A DNA stretch of 64,000 nucleotides from a virus (taxonomy: Duplodnaviria; Heunggongvirae; Uroviricota; Caudoviricetes). Positions within the stretch are counted from its first letter, which is position 1; every line of letters begins with the position of its first letter. The notes under the pieces are model-generated. The model was not told where the DNA came from, made no database searches, and saw only the letters and a list, made by a program, of their open reading frames with translations. Shown piece after piece: positions 59,875-64,000 of this stretch. Where the stretch lies: IMG/VR virus record IMGVR_UViG_3300034157_000063; one strand, given 5' to 3'. The position numbers and the translations under genes were made by a program.

Positions 59875-60867
59875 ATGAAAAGTAAATGGTTACTCGATGA
59901 CTATATGATTAAGACATCCTATCATGGCGATATTCGTCTTTTTTTAGCTAAAATGGGCTTTGAGTATCATGTTGAGAAATATGTTCCGTTCTCTGACGCA
60001 TCTCCCACTGTCCCCTATGCAACGGCTGATAGTGTTTTTATTCATGGTAAGAAATACGTTCCTTTTTCTGGTGACGTTGTGGTTCCTTATGTTGAAAATG
60101 AGAGTGTGATTATCTATGGGAAACAGTATGTTCCTGTTCCTGAACCTGTCTCTACGATTCCTTATGCGAATGGTGATTGTGTTGTTATTTATGGCAGCAT
60201 TAGTTTTGTTCGACAACAAATGAACCATCATCAGTTCACACCGGGTGGATATCTTCCAGAAAAATCTATGGAATCGCTTGGTTACATGCCATTCATGGAT
60301 AAACCTGAATTGATGGCGAACTACAACCATGTTTTTACCACCTTTAAAGATCTGGTAGATCGGAAAGAATTTTTTTATGATACATTTAACACCAATAAAA
60401 TTTTCGTTCGTCCAAATAGTGGATTGAAAACCTTTACTGGGTTGCCTATTCACAGTGATGAATTTGCAAGTGAAGTCAATAGTCTTCGTCAACTTAAACA
60501 AGTCGGTGATGACGTGTTGGTGCTTGTTTCCAATTGTAAAAAAATTGCCGAAGAATATCGTTTCTTTATTGTTAACCGAGAAGTCATTACAGGTTCACAA
60601 TATAAATTGAATGATGAACTGAATGTGAAGGAAGGTTATTCACAGGCAGCTTATGATGTGGCTGTTGAAATGGCTAAGAATGTCTGGCAACCAGATATTG
60701 CTTATGCTTGTGATGTTGGTATTGTAAATGGAGAGCCGAAAATCATTGAACTAAACTCTTTTTCTAGTTCAGGTTTTTATGCGTGTGACATCCCGACTAT
60801 CATTTCTGCTATTGATAACGTTGCAGTTATGGAATATAATGGAGATATATCTATCGGGGGTTTCTAA
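59875..60867 (+). CDS. ATP-grasp domain protein (DUF4343/R2K-like)
   Basis: IFVRPNSGLKTFTG, EYRFFIV, ACDVG, IIELNSFSSSGFY. Confidence 0.8.
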   Translation: MKSKWLLDDYMIKTSYHGDIRLFLAKMGFEYHVEKYVPFSDASPTVPYATADSVFIHGKKYVPFSGDVVVPYVENESVIIYGKQYVPVPEPVSTIPYANGDCVVIYGSISFVRQQMNHHQFTPGGYLPEKSMESLGYMPFMDKPELMANYNHVFTTFKDLVDRKEFFYDTFNTNKIFVRPNSGLKTFTGLPIHSDEFASEVNSLRQLKQVGDDVLVLVSNCKKIAEEYRFFIVNREVITGSQYKLNDELNVKEGYSQAAYDVAVEMAKNVWQPDIAYACDVGIVNGEPKIIELNSFSSSGFYACDIPTIISAIDNVAVMEYNGDISIGGF

Positions 60868-61055
60868 TGAATAGATACAAATTGAAGCTTATAGGGGTGA
60901 GTTTATTATTTACGTTTATATTCTTCTTGTCACTTGTTTTAATGTTGACAGTTAAAGTTACAATCTTTATCGCAAACTTAATTTGTAATGTTTTCAAACG
61001 TGTGTTACTTGCTTTACGAAAAGAGACAAACGCTATACAAAACAACGAAATATGA
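60867..61055 (+). CDS. small membrane protein
   Basis: TAATG coupling to upstream stop; hydrophobic. Confidence 0.5.
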   Translation: MNRYKLKLIGVSLLFTFIFFLSLVLMLTVKVTIFIANLICNVFKRVLLALRKETNAIQNNEI

Positions 61056-61163
61056 AAATGCTATATTTTACAACCAAGACTAATTAAATGGATTAATTAA
61101 CTTTTGGAAACTAATGTAACTTAAATGGGCGTAAAAACCTCATTTTTATTTAAGGAGTTTAAA

Positions 61164-61532
61164 ATGAAAAATAAAACATACTACCTTGGAAAGATGACAT
61201 ATCACAAACGAAACACAAGCTACGAAATGCCTTACGTTATGGAAAAAGATTTACATGAGTTCTCATTTTTAAAAACATACAAAGCTTTTGAAGAAAAGAT
61301 ACCACATTTAACATCGCTGGACGCTTATCTTGTTCGACAGGATGAACTTTCAACAGGTGGTTACATCATTTTGTTCAAAACACCCACAGAAAAACTGTTC
61401 TTTATGCCTGTTAATAGCAAATTTGCAGAAGCTATTTTTCATGGTGATATTGAAAGTCAATATGTAGGTGATGGAGAAGAGTTCTTATTTGAATTTAGAA
61501 ATATTTCAATTTTGAAAGAAATTACGAGTTAA
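61164..61532 (+). CDS. hypothetical protein
   Basis: AAGGAG RBS. Confidence 0.7.
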   Translation: MKNKTYYLGKMTYHKRNTSYEMPYVMEKDLHEFSFLKTYKAFEEKIPHLTSLDAYLVRQDELSTGGYIILFKTPTEKLFFMPVNSKFAEAIFHGDIESQYVGDGEEFLFEFRNISILKEITS

Positions 61533-61660
61533 AAAAAACAAGTGAAGCAACAGTAAAAATAGTTAAAAAATCAAGCAAACTTTTACCAAAAAGCTTGCTT
61601 TTTTTTTGCTTTTTTGGTATAATATTCTTACTAAATTGACGGAAGGGTGAGGACTATTAT

Positions 61661-62929
61661 ATGATTTTAGACACAGGTTTATTGAAGCTGTATGCATCAA
61701 ATGGGTTCAACGTTTTGCTCACTGGCCGTCATGGTGTTGGTAAAACTGCCATTATTAAAGAAGTCTTTTCTGATACCTTCGGTGAAGATAACTGGGCCTA
61801 CTTTTCTGCGGCTACAATGGACGCATGGGTTGACTTCGTAGGCGTTCCAAAAGCTGTTAAACGTGAAAAGGATGGTATGGAAGTAATTGAGCTTATCCGT
61901 CCAGCTCGCTTTGCTGATGATGATGTTCAGGCTATCTTCTTCGATGAATTTAACCGAGCACCCGCAAAAGTTCGAAATGCCGTAATGGAACTTATTCAGT
62001 TCAAATCTATTAACGGACGTAAGTTCAATAACCTCAAAGTTATTTGGGCCGCTATTAACCCCTTCTCAGAAGATGCTGGTGGTTATGATGTTGAACAGAT
62101 TGACCCAGCACAGCTTGACCGTTTTCAAGTTCAAATTGAAGTGCCTTACAAAGTTGACCGCCCTTACATGAAAGCTAAGCATGGTGCCATCGCTACGCCT
62201 TTCGTTGAGTGGTGGAATGCACTTGATAAGGAAATGCAATACAAGGTGTCACCGCGTCGTTTGGAAGATGCTTTGTGTGTTTACAACGTTAAGGGTAACC
62301 TTGAGCATGTGCTTCCAAAAGAAAGTAACTTGGCATCATTGCGTGATCGCATTATGAAAGTCTCGTTGGATGATGAATGGAAAGATGTTGTGACCATGAC
62401 CAACAATGAAAAACTTAACTTTTTGCAAAACGTTAGCAATGTGGTGAAATTCAAAGATTTCATTATTAAGGATTTTGCAAACTACGCTAAATTTGTTCCC
62501 GAAGACTTTTTGATTTCTAAACTTGAAATTAAAGATTTGGAATGGCTTGATGCTGCAGTTGCTAATCCATCAAAAATTCCAGATTCAATTGTGTCAACAA
62601 TGGAAGCAACTCACAAAAAAGACTTTTCTGATATTTTGAAAGCTTTGAAGAATATTCTTCCATCTAACATTTCAATGAATTTGAATGGTAAAAACGTAGT
62701 GATTACTGGTAAATTTGTTAGAAATTATAAAAATGGCAATACTAGATCTGATATTGAAAGCTTGTTACAGCGTATTGGTGCAAAAGTTCAGAAAACAGTC
62801 ACTGGAACCACTAATTATCTGATTGTAGAGGATAAGAATACATCTACTACTAAAATGCAAGATGCACAAAAACAAGGTGTCACTATTCTTTCAGAAGATG
62901 AATTCCATGCTGTTTATGGTAACTTCTAA
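61661..62929 (+). CDS. MoxR/dynein-related AAA+ ATPase with C-terminal BRCT domain
   Basis: GRHGVGKT Walker A, IFFDEFNRA Walker B, AAINP, LDRF; GKNVVITG..R..GAKVQKTVTGTTNYLI..K..A..GVTILSEDEF. Confidence 0.85.
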   Translation: MILDTGLLKLYASNGFNVLLTGRHGVGKTAIIKEVFSDTFGEDNWAYFSAATMDAWVDFVGVPKAVKREKDGMEVIELIRPARFADDDVQAIFFDEFNRAPAKVRNAVMELIQFKSINGRKFNNLKVIWAAINPFSEDAGGYDVEQIDPAQLDRFQVQIEVPYKVDRPYMKAKHGAIATPFVEWWNALDKEMQYKVSPRRLEDALCVYNVKGNLEHVLPKESNLASLRDRIMKVSLDDEWKDVVTMTNNEKLNFLQNVSNVVKFKDFIIKDFANYAKFVPEDFLISKLEIKDLEWLDAAVANPSKIPDSIVSTMEATHKKDFSDILKALKNILPSNISMNLNGKNVVITGKFVRNYKNGNTRSDIESLLQRIGAKVQKTVTGTTNYLIVEDKNTSTTKMQDAQKQGVTILSEDEFHAVYGNF

Positions 62930-63001
62930 TTAGTATGTAGTCATTAAAAGGGGCTTCGGCCTCTTTTATTATTTAAATGTTAAAAAGTAGAGAGTAAAAA
63001 T

Positions 63002-63577
63002 ATGATAAATGGACAATACAGTGATGATGTAGGAAATCAGCAAAAAATTATCGAGTATTTTTTTAGTTCACAAAATATTCAGTTAATAGAATCCCATGAA
63101 CAAGAAACTATTGGTGATACTATACTTATTGTCAATCCTAATGAGAAAAAAAATGATGTTTGCAAACATCAAATTATCAAATTTAATTTTTCAAGAAAAA
63201 CAGATGACATTTTATCAGCAACTGCAGTTTATGCTTATGATAATGGCACCAAAGATGGAATGATATTTAATAATGAATTTTTTATTGAGAAAATGAAATT
63301 AGGCCAAAAATGCATTTCTGTACTGGATAAGATTCCGGTCAAACACTATTATCCAGCAATGGGTTTTAATATAGAAATGAATACAGTTGAAAATAAAATC
63401 GTGCTAAAAGAATGTTATCAACGTATTAACATAATTGGAACGCATGGAACAAGTTATCATCTTTTAGAGAAACTTGTTAATGATTTTATCTGTACTAATT
63501 TAAAATCATGGGAAATCAATACTCATGACATTGAACTTACCGATCTGATTGATATGTTTTTGATGGTTGATATATGA
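63002..63577 (+). CDS. hypothetical protein, tail family
   Basis: Ends IDMFLMVDI. Confidence 0.75.
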   Translation: MINGQYSDDVGNQQKIIEYFFSSQNIQLIESHEQETIGDTILIVNPNEKKNDVCKHQIIKFNFSRKTDDILSATAVYAYDNGTKDGMIFNNEFFIEKMKLGQKCISVLDKIPVKHYYPAMGFNIEMNTVENKIVLKECYQRINIIGTHGTSYHLLEKLVNDFICTNLKSWEINTHDIELTDLIDMFLMVDI

Positions 63578-63618
63578 TAAATTTATTCATTTTAGGTCAC
63601 TTCCAATAAGGAGTCTAT

Positions 63619-64000
63619 ATGCAAGATTATGAACGTTTAATCAATCATTTTTTCTATCATTTTAATATTACCATTATTGCTAAACTCAAAGAGCAAAGCC
63701 ATCGACTGTCACCGAATTATTATTCTGTTTCTTATCGAGTAGAAAACACTGCGAATTCTAGTAATAATGGTTTGGTGGTTAGGTTTTCTTTTTATGAAAC
63801 TGATGATCTTTTAACAGCCAACATTAGTTGTAGTTACGAGGATAGCTCTAGAAGTGCCTTACAGTTTGATGGTGCTGTTTTTAAAGATGAGATAGCATTA
63901 GGTTTAAAATGCATGGATTTTCTTGATAGAGAGCAGATTAGACATTATTCGCCACTTTTAGAAACATCTGCTGTCATGGATAAAGTGTCTAGAAAAATTT
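63619..64000 (+). CDS. hypothetical protein, 3'-partial, probable paralog of the previous gene
   Basis: AAGGAG RBS; LINHFF..NI..I resembles IIEYFF..NI..I. Confidence 0.65.
   Translation, partial: MQDYERLINHFFYHFNITIIAKLKEQSHRLSPNYYSVSYRVENTANSSNNGLVVRFSFYETDDLLTANISCSYEDSSRSALQFDGAVFKDEIALGLKCMDFLDREQIRHYSPLLETSAVMDKVSRKI

Overview
AT-rich (roughly 30% GC by eye), gene-dense segment of a large mobile replicon (jumbo phage or megaplasmid; no capsid, terminase or rep gene in this window). The host is probably Pseudomonas-like, given an OprH homolog, a Pseudomonas-type GluRS and sigma70 promoters. About 85 CDS, mostly hypothetical, many with their own promoter and terminator. Recognisable cargo: four aminoacyl-tRNA synthetases (ArgRS, a catalytic-core-only GlyRS-1, CysRS, GluRS), seven tRNA genes (one with a CUA anticodon), NADAR, a diiron-oxidase/SAM-transferase fusion plus GNAT, an ATP-grasp protein and a MoxR-type AAA-BRCT protein. 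Two main hidden signals. (1) A translation-rescue design: argS and glyRS each sit behind an unannotated cognate leader peptide (MNTKLLRRL; MKHINFSNIVGGARQT) with attenuator structures, and each enzyme is purged of its own amino acid (ArgRS has 5 Arg in 558 aa, all CGG; GlyRS has 1 Gly in 251 aa). Two further related genes are also gated by a uORF plus an SD-masking hairpin. (2) About 22 largely unrelated proteins share a C-terminal signature (hydrophobic-x-x-M-x-x-hydrophobic-COOH), suggesting a common docking or targeting system. Family assignments come from motif recognition only; no searches were run.
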